A stretch of DNA of 64,000 nucleotides from Anthoceros angustus (taxonomy: Eukaryota; Plantae; Anthocerotophyta): positions 806,001-870,000 of the forward strand of contig MU008177.1 in NCBI GenBank assembly GCA_010909165.1, in the 5' to 3' direction. This document shows, one piece after another, positions 38,927-51,446 of the stretch. Under the pieces are notes generated by a model that was not told the origin of the DNA, ran no database searches, and worked only from the letters and a program-made list of their open reading frames with translations. The stretch's first letter is position 1. The number at the start of each line of letters is the position of its first letter. Position numbers and translations under genes: made by a program.

Positions 38927-41900
38927 TCAGCGCAATGGGACAACCTGGGCCAAGCTGCCCGTACGGACAGCAACTACACTCCGGACGTTGTGCACTCCGT
39001 CCGTCCAGACAATGGAGCCGAAGGAGTAGGCGCGGGAAGGAGGCGTGGACGCGTTCACCGACAGATCCACCGTGAAGGACAGCCGGTGGCCGAGGCTGGT
39101 GAAAGGCAGCACCGAGGGGGTGACGGCCATGGCGATGCCCGCCGGGGGGGAGACGACGACCGTGTAATTCACGACCGGGGCAGGCCCCACGTTCGTCAGT
39201 GTTCTCACCACCGACTCGGTTTGGATCAAGCCGGCCACGGTAATGGTCGGGTAGTTGAGGTCGTGGATTTTGAGGGGCACCGCAGGGCACGGCAATGCGG
39301 TCACCGCCGTGATGGCTGTCTCGTTGAAAGGAGCTACTGTGCACAGGAAGGCCACGAAATCTGCAGGGGTGGCGTCGTACACCAGCCCGGGGTCCGCGGC
39401 CCCGACGGGGTTCACCATGCCTGCTCCGTAGGCCAATGGGGTGCTCACGTTTCCGAAGACGTCGGTGATGAAGCTCGCGCCGGCATTGTTGCGCACAGTG
39501 GCTGCAGAGAGGCAGGGACGCAGACGGAAGAAGGTGAGGACATGGAAGGAAGACGGCTGGCGTGTGGAGGTGGAGTTGGTTGAGGGAGTGGTGGTGTGCG
39601 GTACCTGTGGTCATGAGAGCTGATTTGATGGCGGCAGGGCTCCAGTCTCTGTGCAAGGCCTTCACCAGAGCTGCCACACCTGAGACGTGTGGAGCTGCCA
39701 TAGAGGTTCCAGACAAGATGTTGAACTCGAGCATCCGGTGGTCGATGCCGTCCTCGGAAGGAGGGCTGATCGGAGACCATGCTGCTAGGATTTCCACTCC
39801 CGGGGCTATTAAGTCAGGCTGCGTGCCAAGTTGAGTTGGGATGTGAGCTGAGTAAACTGCAGCCTGGCAGCAAATCTGAAAAGCGGGTACTGGGTTTGTG
39901 GTTACCTTCAGGATGTCTGATTCTGCAGGATTGGGTCCTAATGACGAGAAGAAAGCCACGACTGGCGCTGGAGTGTATCCCAAGATGGTTAGTGTTTCCA
40001 GAGTCGCAGTAGGAGCTCTGCACACGGAAGCAACTGTTAGGATCATTCCCATTGGCAAGGAGTTGAATGAAGACGAGGATCCAACAAGCTGGTGCTGACA
40101 TGGTGGCCTGAATGTAGGCCAGAACGGCTTCGCTTTGCGCGTAAGGCAGTTGGATGGCCGGTATTTCATATGTAAAGGTGCCAAAGAAGTTGGTGGGCAC
40201 AATGACGCCTGCCGCGCCAGCAAGTACCGGACCAGTCAGATTTGCAGCGGTGGCGTCTTCCACGTTGCACAACACAATGGCTCCGGAAACCTTGGCTGGA
40301 TCCAGGGTGCCAGGATTCCCACAACTTCCTCTGCAACACGCAGCACCCGGTCACAGGAAATGGATGGCGCCTTGCAAAGGTTAACAGAGCAAAATTACAT
40401 TCAGCGGGCAAAGTTACTCTGGCAATGAGCTTACGGAGCTGCGGGATTGACAGGACTGCCCTCAAACCCAGAGCTGCCAACATACACAAGGGGGTACTGT
40501 TTGTCCGTCAGGTTACCCATGTTTGAACCATAGCCCTATAGAAAGCATGACATATGATGTCAGTTGCAAACCTTGTAGAGGAGCAGTTCATGAGGTTGAG
40601 GAGGACGGGTGCTCACCTTGTAGGCATCGCCGCTACCCAGTGTGACAGTGGCTTGGAACTCACGGTCAATGCTGTTGGCACCAACCGTGGTTATCCAGGG
40701 AGCCACATTCACGACAGTGGAAGGATCAGGTCCCGCGTTTCCAGCAGCAGCGGTCACGAAAATGCCCTTCTGTATGGCGTGCAACGTGCCGATGGCCATG
40801 GGATCTTCGAAGTAGTTACGTTGCATCGAGCCGGCAAGGGAGAGGGAAATGATGTCCACGCCATCGAGAATGGCATCGTCGAATGCGGCAAGGATGTCAG
40901 CATCTGAGCAGCCGGCCTCTCCACCATTGATCCAGCAGATCTGTAGACCACGTGATGGAGAATGAGCAGCTGCTCAGAACAATGCAATACAGCTGGTGAG
41001 CAAGTCGACCAGATTCACCTTGTAGATGGCAAGGTGGGCCAGAGGGGCCCCGCCTCTGGCGTCTCCGTAAGCCAGGCCGCCGTAGCCTGCCCCTTGCACC
41101 AGCGCCCCGGCTGCTATGGAGGAAACATGGCTGCCGTGGCCCTGCTCGTCTCGAGCCGACTTGACGGATCCTCTGATGTCGTCGTGCTCCGCTAAGAAGC
41201 CATTGTAGTAGTACCGCGCCCCTATCAATTTGCTGCCCACACGCCTCGTGATACTCATCCTCAGCGGCAAAACAGAGAAGGCTTGATTCACAACACTGGA
41301 ATGGTAGGACTCAGATGAGACGTCCACTCACTGGTTACAAGTGGAGATATTGAACTGCTCTCCCTCGACGCAAGCTCCTTTCCACTGCGGTGGCGGAGGT
41401 GGCAATCCCTCGGCCGAGAAACTCCTTGCCTCGGGCCATATTCCTGCACACGCGGCGAACGTCACGCATCTTCCTCAAATGCGAGACAAGGAACGGAATC
41501 AGCCTGATGCCATGCAATGCATCTTCTCTTACCGCTGTCAAACACTCCTATGATGACGCCGCTGCCAAAATTGGAGGCCTGCGAGATCCCAGCCGGGTTC
41601 ACAGGGTCTAATCCCAGGAATGTGTAGGACCGGGTAGTGGCGAGTTTCCACAAATTGCTGGGGAAAACAGACAACACCCCGGGCATCCCTGTGAAAGGTA
41701 GAGAGAATCCCCAATTTCTCAGCACAAACAAACCTACAAGTCATCCCTCCCGCGCGGCCGCAATCAATTCCAGCGGGCACAAAGTGAGGATGTAGGCACC
41801 TAACACCGCGTCCGCTTCGTCCTCCGACAAGGAGGCTGCGAATCCATTGAATCCCTTACTGTAACTGTAGTGCACTCTCTTCCCGCACTCTTCCTGGCTT

Positions 41901-42273
41901 CTGAGAATACACAACCTGCTGGTCAGATTTATCCCAATCCGGACAGAACACGCAGCTGCAGCCAACTGATTCAGATTGCTTACTCCCCGAGAGCGCCGCT
42001 CAGCGTGTGAAGGTGCAAATCCCTGGCCTCGTGGCTTTGCAAATCCTCAACCTTCTCTCCCATATACACAATATGCACCTGCACCCCTCAACGCGGACAA
42101 GGATTGCCTTCTCTCAGCCCCTGCACATCCCGAGCCTCCCGCTCCCGACCAATGCGCATGCCGACAATAACATGATTGTGGCTTACCTTGCTCCCAGCCT
42201 GAGCCGCACCGCCATTGCCAAGCAGCAGGAGGAGCAAGAGCAAGCCCGTGAAGAAGCTGCTTGAGCTCCGCAT
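38927..42273 (-). CDS. Secreted subtilisin-like serine protease (signal peptide, I9, S8, PA, Fn3), about 11 exons
   Basis: Signal [19 protein letters not shown]; [12 protein letters not shown]; TTRSYTFLG; [12 protein letters not shown] (Asp); GHGSHVSS (His); [12 protein letters not shown] (Ser); DLNYPTI; [15 protein letters not shown]. Confidence 0.95.
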
Positions 42274-42879
42274 CCTGCACCGCGTGCTGCATTCCACACG
42301 GGCCTCAACTCTGCTGCACGCTAATCGCCTCCTCCAAAGCCACACACTAGGCCCTCGATCCTTCCCGGGGCCGCCCTTCCCTGTGCTGGCCGAAATTCTT
42401 GTGTGCTAACCTGTGCCAAGTTCCATGTTCGGACACGCAACTCGAGCGTGTTCAGTCTTGAGCGCACTTTGCCGAAAGGGCTGAAACTCGCTTTAGGCGC
42501 GAACGCCGACACCGTCTCGCCTGGGGCGTGCAGATTCGCCTCTGTCTCCGGGAAAGCGAATCATTCGTGAGCGGGTCTTGCGGTCGAATGACCGCAAGCC
42601 CCGTTCGGATTCCGAGCCGATGCCGCGACTCGCCAGTCTGCCAACAGCAAGCTTCATGGAAGTGACGGACTCCGTTCATCAGGGAATGGACAACACAGGC
42701 CGCACAACAGACAACGGCGCGCGTGTACGGGCAACGTATCTGCACACCGTCGGACGAACCTTTGCTTCCACGACCGGGAACGGGCCGGCCGGGGCAAGGG
42801 TGCAGATGGCGGGAAGGGTGCGACGGGAACCCGTTCTGTTCCAAGAAACCAACTACCTTCGCAGACACAGCGAACAAAA

Positions 42880-43919
42880 TCTGTTAGGCATGCACAGCAT
42901 CATCCTCCAAGCGGAATATGGATTTCAGACCCAGGCCTAGGGCTTCCAACAGGACCAGGATGCAACTCCAACACCGAGGCATGGCCGATGCTTCTACAAA
43001 GTGCTGGAATTGAACGGTGTGATGCATGTTCTTCAGGAAACAAGTTGCTGAAACAACTGGCAGTATTTTGCATAGTCCGGGGCTCCGGACATGGCAGCAA
43101 CACTCATGCAGCTTACGAGGTGCAGTGCAAGTGACATGCGCGCTGCTTCGATTTCTTCAGGGATTGACAAGGATCAGGTATTGGCAGGCTTTGTGTGGAA
43201 ACAACATGGACTGTGTCTCCTGCTACGCAACTATATGTGCCAGTCCAGCATGGTGGTGACTTGCAGATTTTTACAAATTCGCTGGCAACACCTCATCAAC
43301 CTCCGAGGCTCTCCAGACTCCTCCCGTACCACTTGCCTCAATGTCCTCTTGTCAAAACTTACAATATCCTTAACAGTTATGGACGCACGGGCACCGGGAT
43401 GAAAATCCAAGCCCAGAGACCTGTGGTGATCAAATTACCTCAAAGGCGAGAGTTTCACTGTTTGTATGTGGACATGAGTACAGAGTCTGGAAGCCATCGA
43501 ATGTACTCCATGTCAGACTTGTGCTGCACTGTATCGAACTCCTCAGGGTGGGAGTTGAGGTAAAGTCGGTAGTCGAAATTAACAATTTCGTGATTTTAAA
43601 ATTCGATTTCTTTCTGAGCCTTGTTCACATTAGGCAGGGAGCGAAAGACGATGGTGCGTGTAGACCCTTGCAACCAAAGGAGCATGCGCAGTTGAAACCC
43701 TTGTCGCTGGACTGGCTGCCAGATTGTGTTATGATAGCTGCGGGAGAGATGGGGTTCATCATGGAATTCGCGGAGCACTGGATTCGCAACAGGATGGAGC
43801 ATCCAGAGCACCGAGACGCTGTTTTTCGTGAGGATCTGCGGAAAGATGTTTCAAAATGTCCTTATATACTTATGCATGTGACTCTTCACTCAGGCAACCC
43901 AATACTTAACCAGATATAA
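42880..43919 (+). pseudogene. Possible divergent BTB-BACK (POB1/LRB-like) gene fragment
   Basis: FAEHWIRNRMEHPEHRDAVFREDL...PY is in register with the plant BACK motif FxxxWxRx6ExRxxIxxxxL...PY as I recall it. Upstream frames are interrupted by stops. Confidence 0.35.
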
Positions 43920-44089
43920 GCACGGTTAGGCTAACCTAATCAACAAGGAACTAGGTCAGGCTCTGTCAAAACAGCCTGTTCGGTATTGACCAGTTGCGAT
44001 TTAACAGTAAAGTCAAGCGAAGCCAGTTGTGCAGGCTCCATAAAGGTAACGCGCAGCAAGAATATTGATGCTTTTCCTAACTTCAAAAC

Positions 44090-46000
44090 TAGGGCCTAGC
44101 TCAAATTAATAGGCCCAAATGAGTTTTACAACTGGGTTATTTGGAGTTTATTTGGCTAGAAACCCAAACGAGGCCCAAATGAGTTTTACAACGTGGTCAT
44201 ACCTTGTTATAATGGTAGCTTAATCATTTTACAGGTTTGGTTTTCCTTATTATTTATTATTCCAAAATTCCGTTATACTTCCATGTTGCTTATTCGCTTC
44301 GGTGAGATCCGTTGTTACTGCTAAAGCTAGTTTTACAACATAATAATTTTCTGCTTTGTACGCAGTGTTATTAATCGCAGGTATTGTAAGTACGAGAATA
44401 TTTTTTATAATTATTTTTCTTAATAGTAAATTACTGGAAGAATACTTTGTACATTCTCTTGTAAATGGGTAGGTCCGGGCCGTCGTTGTAAAGCGCTCGG
44501 ATCCTTGTTACGGCTACAGATCGTTTTACAACAGAATCATTTTTTTTGCCTTGTACGCAGTGTTGTACATTGCGTGTATTGTAAGTGCAAGAATATTTTT
44601 AAAATTATTTTTATATTAAATTATAAAAATACTTTGTACATTCCATTCAACCTATTTTGTAACCAGTATTAAAGGAATAAAATATTATAATAAATTACAT
44701 TGTAACCCACATTGTAAGCCACATAAATTTGGAAAATCATTTAACACTTCAACGAAACAAGTTTCACCTACATATTTGGAGAAGCTTACTGGTAAAAACC
44801 TCCTGGGGATTAATGATCCCCTTGGTCCTTCTTGTCCTGGTGGCAACAAAGTATCGGAAGTTGTTTCCGAGACGGTGGACCGTGCTCGCTGTGCTTTGAA
44901 CTTGAGAATTTCTGGTCTTGGTAATGACATTGTTGCACCACTTGTGGCTGCAAAGGAGTTTCTCAATAGGCTAGAGGTTGATGTGGTCGTTCCTCAATCC
45001 TTCTGGCTTGGAAAGGATCCTGGTAGGGAGCGCATATTGATTATGACTTTTCACTCTATGGATGATCGCCTTCAGGTTATGAAGGCTAGGGCTATGTTAC
45101 GGACAACTTAGTCATATATCAATGAGGATCTTACACCATTGCAATGGAAAGACTAAGAACGAGAAGTTACCCGCTTTCAGAGCAGCTCGTGCTGCAGGTC
45201 AAGTGGCTTTCTTTCGTGGGGATGAGTTGGTGGTGTTTGGCTGCAGGTCAAGTGGCTTTCATTCGTGCGGATGAATTGGTGGTGTTTGGCCCTCGTTCAC
45301 GCAATTTCATTGACACTGTTGATTGATTGAAGACTATTTGTCTTGTTTAAATTTTACCTTTACAATAGTCCAGACTATTTTACCACAGTCTATGTAATTA
45401 TCACATTTCAGTTCCATGACGGAAATCCGTCCTTAGTGGACTTCAATAAAATTCTTCTTCTTCTTCTCGTGACTGTACGGGGTGATATAAATATTATTGG
45501 CGGACTTACTACAGCTTTTTTAAATTAAATAATTACAGGTAAAATACTTTGTATCCTCTATTGTAAAATCCACGCCATGGATTTAGTAGTAATTAAGGAC
45601 TAACCTTTTACAATGGTATTTTTACGCTAAAACAAATACTATTAATTTCTACTTGCAACACACATAGTAAAGTAGGCCAAACGTGAATGGTTTTTAAATG
45701 GAAAGTAATGTTTAACAACGATGTGGACGTCAATTTTAAAGGCCTCCCTGATTTACTATGTGGGTTGTAAAACTTGTTGTTATCAGTAAAAAAAATACAA
45801 AAGATGATCAAAGTGTACGTAAATGTAGAATTCAATATGAAGACACTTATTCAAACATTTCTGTGAAGTTCACAAGTTTTAGTGGACGTAAATGTAGAAT
45901 TCAATATGAAGAAACTTATTCAAACACGTTTATAAAAACGTCGTCAAACTTGATACAGGAAACTATGTTCTAGTCTATGTGACAACATAAGTATAAAAGG
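44090..46000. repeat. AT-rich non-coding element with internal direct repeats (probable non-autonomous transposon)
   Basis: aggcccaaatgagttttacaac x2 (44111, 44171); an approximately 90-bp ttttacaaca...gtacgcagtgtt...agaatattttt unit x2 (about 44330, 44524); acgtaaatgtagaattcaatatgaaga x2 (about 45816, 45886). Confidence 0.6.
44776..45468 (+). mobile_element. LINE ORF1 (RRM/CTD-type) relic ending in AATAAA + (TTC)n tail
   Basis: LNLRISGL...EFL...WLGKD...RILIMTFHSMDDRLQVMKARAML*SYINEDLTPLQ fits the LINE ORF1p pattern. 3' end reads aataaaattcttcttcttcttct. Confidence 0.65.
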
Positions 46001-46879
46001 CTCATCCTCTTCGTTTTGTCTCACATAAAGTTTTAATTTTATGAACTATACCAATATATGGTATTTTATGAGTGACAATGTTATGTTCATCAAGATGGCA
46101 TTCAGTTTCATGTTTCCAGCATACAACACAACACAATCTCACAATTTTCAAGTTATGTGCCCCGTCATCCCTTGTTTCCACGTAGGGGTGATGTGCATAC
46201 ACCCAAAACTTTTTGTAAGATTGAGCATGAGAACTAGGCCCTTTAGGTATTGCAGAAACGGTTAGTTAAAAAAGAATACATGCCTTATGGTGTATACGCC
46301 ATATACCTAAGACTCCCGTAGATATATGGTGTACATGCCCTAAACCAAACTATGCCATGACTAGGCCGCATACACAGAGTACGGCATGGCATAGGGGCCA
46401 CAGATTCCCTCATGCCACATGGCACAGGATTCCTACATGACAAAACCAAGCAGCTGTTTCCGGATTTTTGCATCGGTAAATGGGTCTGATGACCCTTGGA
46501 ACCCGCAACTACAAGTGCCACGATGAGTTTGGTATATGCGCCCGATTAAAGAAGCCATCCGGCCTACATGTGTGAGGGCTTGGACGTACATTTTACAAAG
46601 CGGATCATTGGGCTGGACACCAATAAAACCTCAAAAGGCCATTCGGTTCCGATTATTACTCCCACGGAAAAACAGTACTTTAAACAAGCAAGTAGAAGAG
46701 GTGGGAGTTCCGGATAATAGGAGCAAGATGCACTCGGTATTATAGAAAGAAATGTAATATTGAAGTATACCAAAGTTATGTTTGTATACCATGCCCCTTT
46801 CCAATACCAAGTATTGTTATCGTAACAAAAATTGTAACAAAAAAAATGTAACATAGCTACCCGGTTTCTAGTAGTGTCC

Positions 46880-47520
46880 ATTTTTATTGGATAGCAGATC
46901 AAACACAAGTTTTGCACTTGCAATGTCTCCACCATTTCTATAGACATGGACCAAAGCATAGCGCCCATATTTTGCACTTGCAACATCTCCACCATCTCTA
47001 TGGACATGGACCAAAGCACAGTGCCCATATCGGTCTGCGTCATAACCCCTTCTAACCATTTCAACATCTAAGTTTTTTACCCTTTCAAAGAGTTCACACT
47101 CTACCCGCCTGTCCATCAAGCAGTGCCTCCTCTTTTAAGGCTGCAAGGTTCCCACATGCCTTGAGGCCAAGGAAGATGACACTCTTGTGCATCGACATCC
47201 AGTAAAAGAGCAGTATCTGAAGAAGGGAATGGATGTGTATGCTGAAGTCGTGAGAAGGGGTCTAGAAGCTGATGCATTTATCGACAATGCTTTGGTGCAC
47301 ATGTATGCCAGGTGTGGGAGCATGGCGGATGCAAGGGCTGTGTTTAATAAACTGGTTAAGCGTGATTCTGTTTCCTGGAATGCACTAATTGGAGATTATG
47401 CACAGCAGGCTACCAATACGTTCGGAGAATACAAGGGTACGACCGGTGGTTTGGACTCACACCTTGGGCTTCCAATTGGGTGTACAAGTGCAGAGCCTTC
47501 TCCCCCTGTTCGGGTTGGGA
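46880..47520 (-). pseudogene. Scrambled fragment of the PPR gene at 51447-54827
   Basis: 46880-47166 matches about 53135-53360 (with a 60-bp tandem duplication). About 47166-47409 is an inverted copy of 53443-53687. 47410-47520 matches 53694-53805. Confidence 0.9.
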
Positions 47521-47651
47521 TAGAAGAAAGTCTTTTTCAGTGTACATTACATGTTTTATCCCATGATGGTGGTGTACATTACATTTTTCATCCCAGGTTG
47601 GTGCTTCCATCCTTAGCCTTAGTGGACGTAAATATAGTCGTTGTTTGTTGC

Positions 47652-47717
47652 TGTAGTGGTTAAGTCACTAGACTTTGAGTCCAGTGGCCCGCGTTTAATG
47701 TTCAATTTCGGAGACCT
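47652..47717 (+). pseudogene. Degenerate tRNA-Gln(UUG)-like sequence or SINE head
   Basis: tgtagtggttaag-tca-ctaga-ctttgag-tccag-tggcccgcgtt: D-arm-like box and TTG anticodon loop, but the T-arm and acceptor stem are disrupted. Confidence 0.35.
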
Positions 47718-47828
47718 ACCAGTGTCTATAACATGTTACATCTTAGGTTCATAAATGGGAAAAAGGTCTACAACGCAACCGCCAGTAATTTGATCTCCTT
47801 GACACCTACAATTAATTAACTCACAAGT

Positions 47829-50555
47829 TCAAATGCGATCCTGACAAGAACAGAATCCAGCAGCGAAGTGGTGGACTCGGCGCGAATCTCTAACAACAAT
47901 TGTTCGCTCCTCCAGTCGTGACAAGATCTTGGTGCTGCTGTGACAGTCGTTGCACATTCGAAGGTTTTTGGTGACTAACAAAGGGGTCCCATGTGGGGTG
48001 TTGAGGAGGCCAAACGCCAAGGCCAGTTTCTCGGCGTGTCCACACAGGGCGTCTTCCTTCTCCTGCTCAGGCATGGCCTTGAGGACCAGCTCTGTTTGTG
48101 GGACATGGCCCCCTTCCTCCTTTAGCCTTAAATTCATCCTGCTCAGCTTTGGTGAGATGTCAGACCTGTCGTCTCCCACGGTGAACTCGTGCACTTTGTT
48201 GTTGAGCTCGATGCAAACCTTGGCAGGCCTCTTCCAGGCACCAGCACTTGTTCTCAGGCTCTCTATTGTGTCTACTTCATCCCACATGCCTGCCTGTGCG
48301 TAAGTGCTGCCTAGTAGGACATAAGGAGTGGCGTTGTCAGGTTCCAGTTGGACAATGCGGTCGAAACATCGTCTTCCTCGCTGCACGTCACCATGGCTCT
48401 TGCAGGCAGTGAGGAGGGAAGTCCAGCCCACCGCGTGCTGTTCAAATGGCATTGTGTGCAGAAAGCTTTCGGCTTCGTCCAGCCGGCCTGCTCGACCCAG
48501 GAGATCCACCATGCAGGTGAGGTGGTAGTCGCTGGGGATGATGCTGTGGCCCTGCACCATCATGTTGAAGTACTGCTGGCCCTCACGCACCAAGCCTGAC
48601 TGACTGCATGCTGCAAGAAGAGAAATGAAGGTGGCTTCATCCGGCTCAACGCCCTGCTGACGCATCTCTTTGAAACACTGGATGGCCTGCTCGCCGTCAC
48701 AGTGTTCGGCATAGCCGTTCAGCAGAGCACCCCATGCCACCACATCCCTGGTGGGCAGACTGTCAAAGACTCTGCGGGCATCACCCAAGCTTCCACATTT
48801 GGCGTACATGTCCACCAAGCAGTTGCCGAGTGATGCATCTGAGACCAATCCCCTTGATTCTATTTGTGCATGAAGCTGCCTTCCCTTATACAGAGCTCCA
48901 ATGCTACCACATGCCTGCAAAAGACACACCAAGGTGACAGCATCCGCTAGAGCCATGGCCTCGTGCTGCATACTTCCATACAGGGCCAGGGCTTCTTGTC
49001 CGAAGCCATGCTGAGCATATCCAGAGATCATTGATGTCCATGTCACCACATCTCTGTTTGGCAAGCTGTCAAACACGGCACGAGCATCCCCTAAGCTCCC
49101 GCATTTTGCATACATGTCCACCAGGGAGTTGCCCACAACAACATCACCTTCCAGTCCACTTTGCTTAATCTGTTCATGCAGCTCCTTCCCCTCGCTCAGA
49201 GCTCCGACGCAAGCACAAGCCCTCAGGAGGCACACGAATGTAACACAGTTAGCAGCAGTCATGCCCTCCCGTTTCATACTGCCATACACAGCAAGGGCCT
49301 CTCGACCCATTCCATGCTGCGCATATCCTGCAATCATAGCAGTCCATGACACCACATCTCTTCTACACAATCTGTCAAACACTCTGCGAGCATCCACCAA
49401 GCTCCCACATTTGGAGTACATGTCAATGAGGCAGTTCCCGACAGCTAAATCACCTTCCAGTCCTCGTTCTTGGATCTCAGAATGGATTCGTCTTCCCTGC
49501 TCCAGAGCACCAATGCAGGCACATGCCTGCAGAAGGCACAAGAAGGTAACACTAGTGGCCAAGGTAGTGCCCTCCTCCTGCAAACTCTCATACAAAGCCA
49601 AGGCCTGCCCACCCAGCCCGTGCTGCGTATACCCTGCAATCATGGCATTCCACACCACGGCACTCCTGATCGGCAGTCCGTCAAAAACTCTGCGAGCATC
49701 TTCCAAGCTCCCGCATTTCGCATACATGTTCACCAGGCTGCTGCCAAGGAAGATATTAACACTCACATCGCTGGCCACGATATCAGCATGCACCTCCTTC
49801 CCAGAAACCACATCCCCTGCTGCAGCACATGCCTTCAGGACAGCCACGAACACATGGTTATCCGCACTCACACCTGACACTCGCATCCGTCGATACAAGT
49901 CAATAGCCTGCACAGGCTCCCCATGTCGAGCATGGGCCAGTATCATGGCACCCCACACATACCCATCTGGCTCAGCCACCTTGGCGAAGGCCTCCGCTGC
50001 ATCCTCCATTCTCCCATGCGCAGCATACATGCCAATCAAATGATTACCCACAAACGCGTCCGACCCGTACCCACTTCTCAGCGCAAGAGCATGCACTCGC
50101 CTGCCAAGACGCAAATCCTTCTGTTCCCTGCACCTCCTGAGAAAACGACCAAAGAGAGAGCGATGCACATAAGTTCCTCGATGCACCAGGACGGCTAAAC
50201 CATCCACAGCCTGCTGCAGCTCCCCCTCCTCACAAACTCTGCTCAAGCTCTCACCCATGGAATCCCCTTCGTACTTACCGTCCTTCTCACCACGGGTCCC
50301 GGGAGACCAGGCAGGAATATCCCAGTCAGGCAGGCACAGCGCCCCCTTGGAGACCTTGTGCCCGAAGTCAGGATGGCGGGGACCTGCACCTCCCATGTCC
50401 AACCACAGTCGCTCATTGGGCTCCACTTCCGGAGCAACATAGACTGCTCCAGCACAACAAGCTGGGCGGGAGGTGAAATGGCTTGAACAACCCAGCAGCC
50501 AAGCTGGGCAGCTGCTGGACCCATATCCCGCATTCACCACGACGGTTCCTGGCAT
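47829..50555 (-). CDS. PLS-class PPR protein with DYW:KP domain (candidate U-to-C RNA editing enzyme)
   Basis: PLS triplets, E1/E2, modified PG box WKRPAKVCIE, LCGHAEKLALAFGLLNTP (HAE rather than HSE), KNLRMCNDCH and terminal CSCQDRI. Confidence 0.93.
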   Translation of the reverse strand: MPGTVVVNAGYGSSSCPAWLLGCSSHFTSRPACCAGAVYVAPEVEPNERLWLDMGGAGPRHPDFGHKVSKGALCLPDWDIPAWSPGTRGEKDGKYEGDSMGESLSRVCEEGELQQAVDGLAVLVHRGTYVHRSLFGRFLRRCREQKDLRLGRRVHALALRSGYGSDAFVGNHLIGMYAAHGRMEDAAEAFAKVAEPDGYVWGAMILAHARHGEPVQAIDLYRRMRVSGVSADNHVFVAVLKACAAAGDVVSGKEVHADIVASDVSVNIFLGSSLVNMYAKCGSLEDARRVFDGLPIRSAVVWNAMIAGYTQHGLGGQALALYESLQEEGTTLATSVTFLCLLQACACIGALEQGRRIHSEIQERGLEGDLAVGNCLIDMYSKCGSLVDARRVFDRLCRRDVVSWTAMIAGYAQHGMGREALAVYGSMKREGMTAANCVTFVCLLRACACVGALSEGKELHEQIKQSGLEGDVVVGNSLVDMYAKCGSLGDARAVFDSLPNRDVVTWTSMISGYAQHGFGQEALALYGSMQHEAMALADAVTLVCLLQACGSIGALYKGRQLHAQIESRGLVSDASLGNCLVDMYAKCGSLGDARRVFDSLPTRDVVAWGALLNGYAEHCDGEQAIQCFKEMRQQGVEPDEATFISLLAACSQSGLVREGQQYFNMMVQGHSIIPSDYHLTCMVDLLGRAGRLDEAESFLHTMPFEQHAVGWTSLLTACKSHGDVQRGRRCFDRIVQLEPDNATPYVLLGSTYAQAGMWDEVDTIESLRTSAGAWKRPAKVCIELNNKVHEFTVGDDRSDISPKLSRMNLRLKEEGGHVPQTELVLKAMPEQEKEDALCGHAEKLALAFGLLNTPHGTPLLVTKNLRMCNDCHSSTKILSRLEERTIVVRDSRRVHHFAAGFCSCQDRI

Positions 50556-51446
50556 AATGCAAAACCAGGCGTGCAGTGACTTGCTCCGATTCTCACGTTC
50601 TTAGACCCCAACAAAGCCCAATTCGGTGGTGCTGGCCCATTTTGTCCACGATTCCGAGTGCCAACCCGTGTGCAAGGCGCAGCACGTGGCGTTTTTTCTG
50701 GCAGGGAATTTTGATAAACGCAAAATCTGTCAAAGCTATATCTATGCTATCTCACCATCAGCCGTGATTTCGACCCACACCTTGTACCGAGACGGAGAGG
50801 TCTTCTACCAAGAGGCCACCGGTGCCAACTACGAGATTCAGACAAGCATATTTGGTTTTCTATCCCTAAGACCAACATGACCAAACTTCAGGGAATTCGA
50901 CCATCTCTTAGGCTTGGGCTTTGTTCGTTTCACTTCAAGTATCTGTTTCTAACATTACCCTTGAATGTTTTGCTACTGAGAAAAGGATTGGCTGTCATTG
51001 GAGTCCACTATGGATGTTCTAACTTGAGGCATCTTGGGCTTGGTCACAACCTTTGGATTCCTCGTCCCGTGGTCTCCCGACTTTTTATGATGCTATCTTT
51101 GCCTTCACAATCAGCCTTACATACCGAATGATCCCCTTTCATATCATGTCTAGACACCTGCAACACAACCTTGGAGAAGGCACGAGAGACACCTTCTGAA
51201 GGGCCACATAAAGAAAAATGGAAGCGCAGAAGGGAAGCAGAAAAATGAAACTGATTCACCCCTGGTAAAATTGGGCGCAAGGGGAATTCCTCACGACCTA
51301 TGGCATGGTCAGGCTCCCTCTAAATTTGAGGAAGGAGTACAAATTGGCACCACCCTCCTCACCAAAGGGACTGGCCTTCTGTCAATCCCGCTTTTTTATA
51401 AGTACAAGTTGGAATCCCGATACAGCTTTTATCGGTGCGGAAGGAT

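Noticed and set aside
38729-40223. Long alternative ORFs (284 aa +, 474 aa -) over the subtilase 3' half
   Set aside because: GC-rich shadow frames and exon-intron read-through of the subtilase.
44091-46242. TIR pair agggcctag/ctaggccct delimiting a Harbinger-like element
   Set aside because: Only 9 bp of match and no TSD.
49114-50043. 309-aa ORF antisense to the DYW:KP PPR
   Set aside because: Antisense shadow of the repetitive PPR coding sequence.
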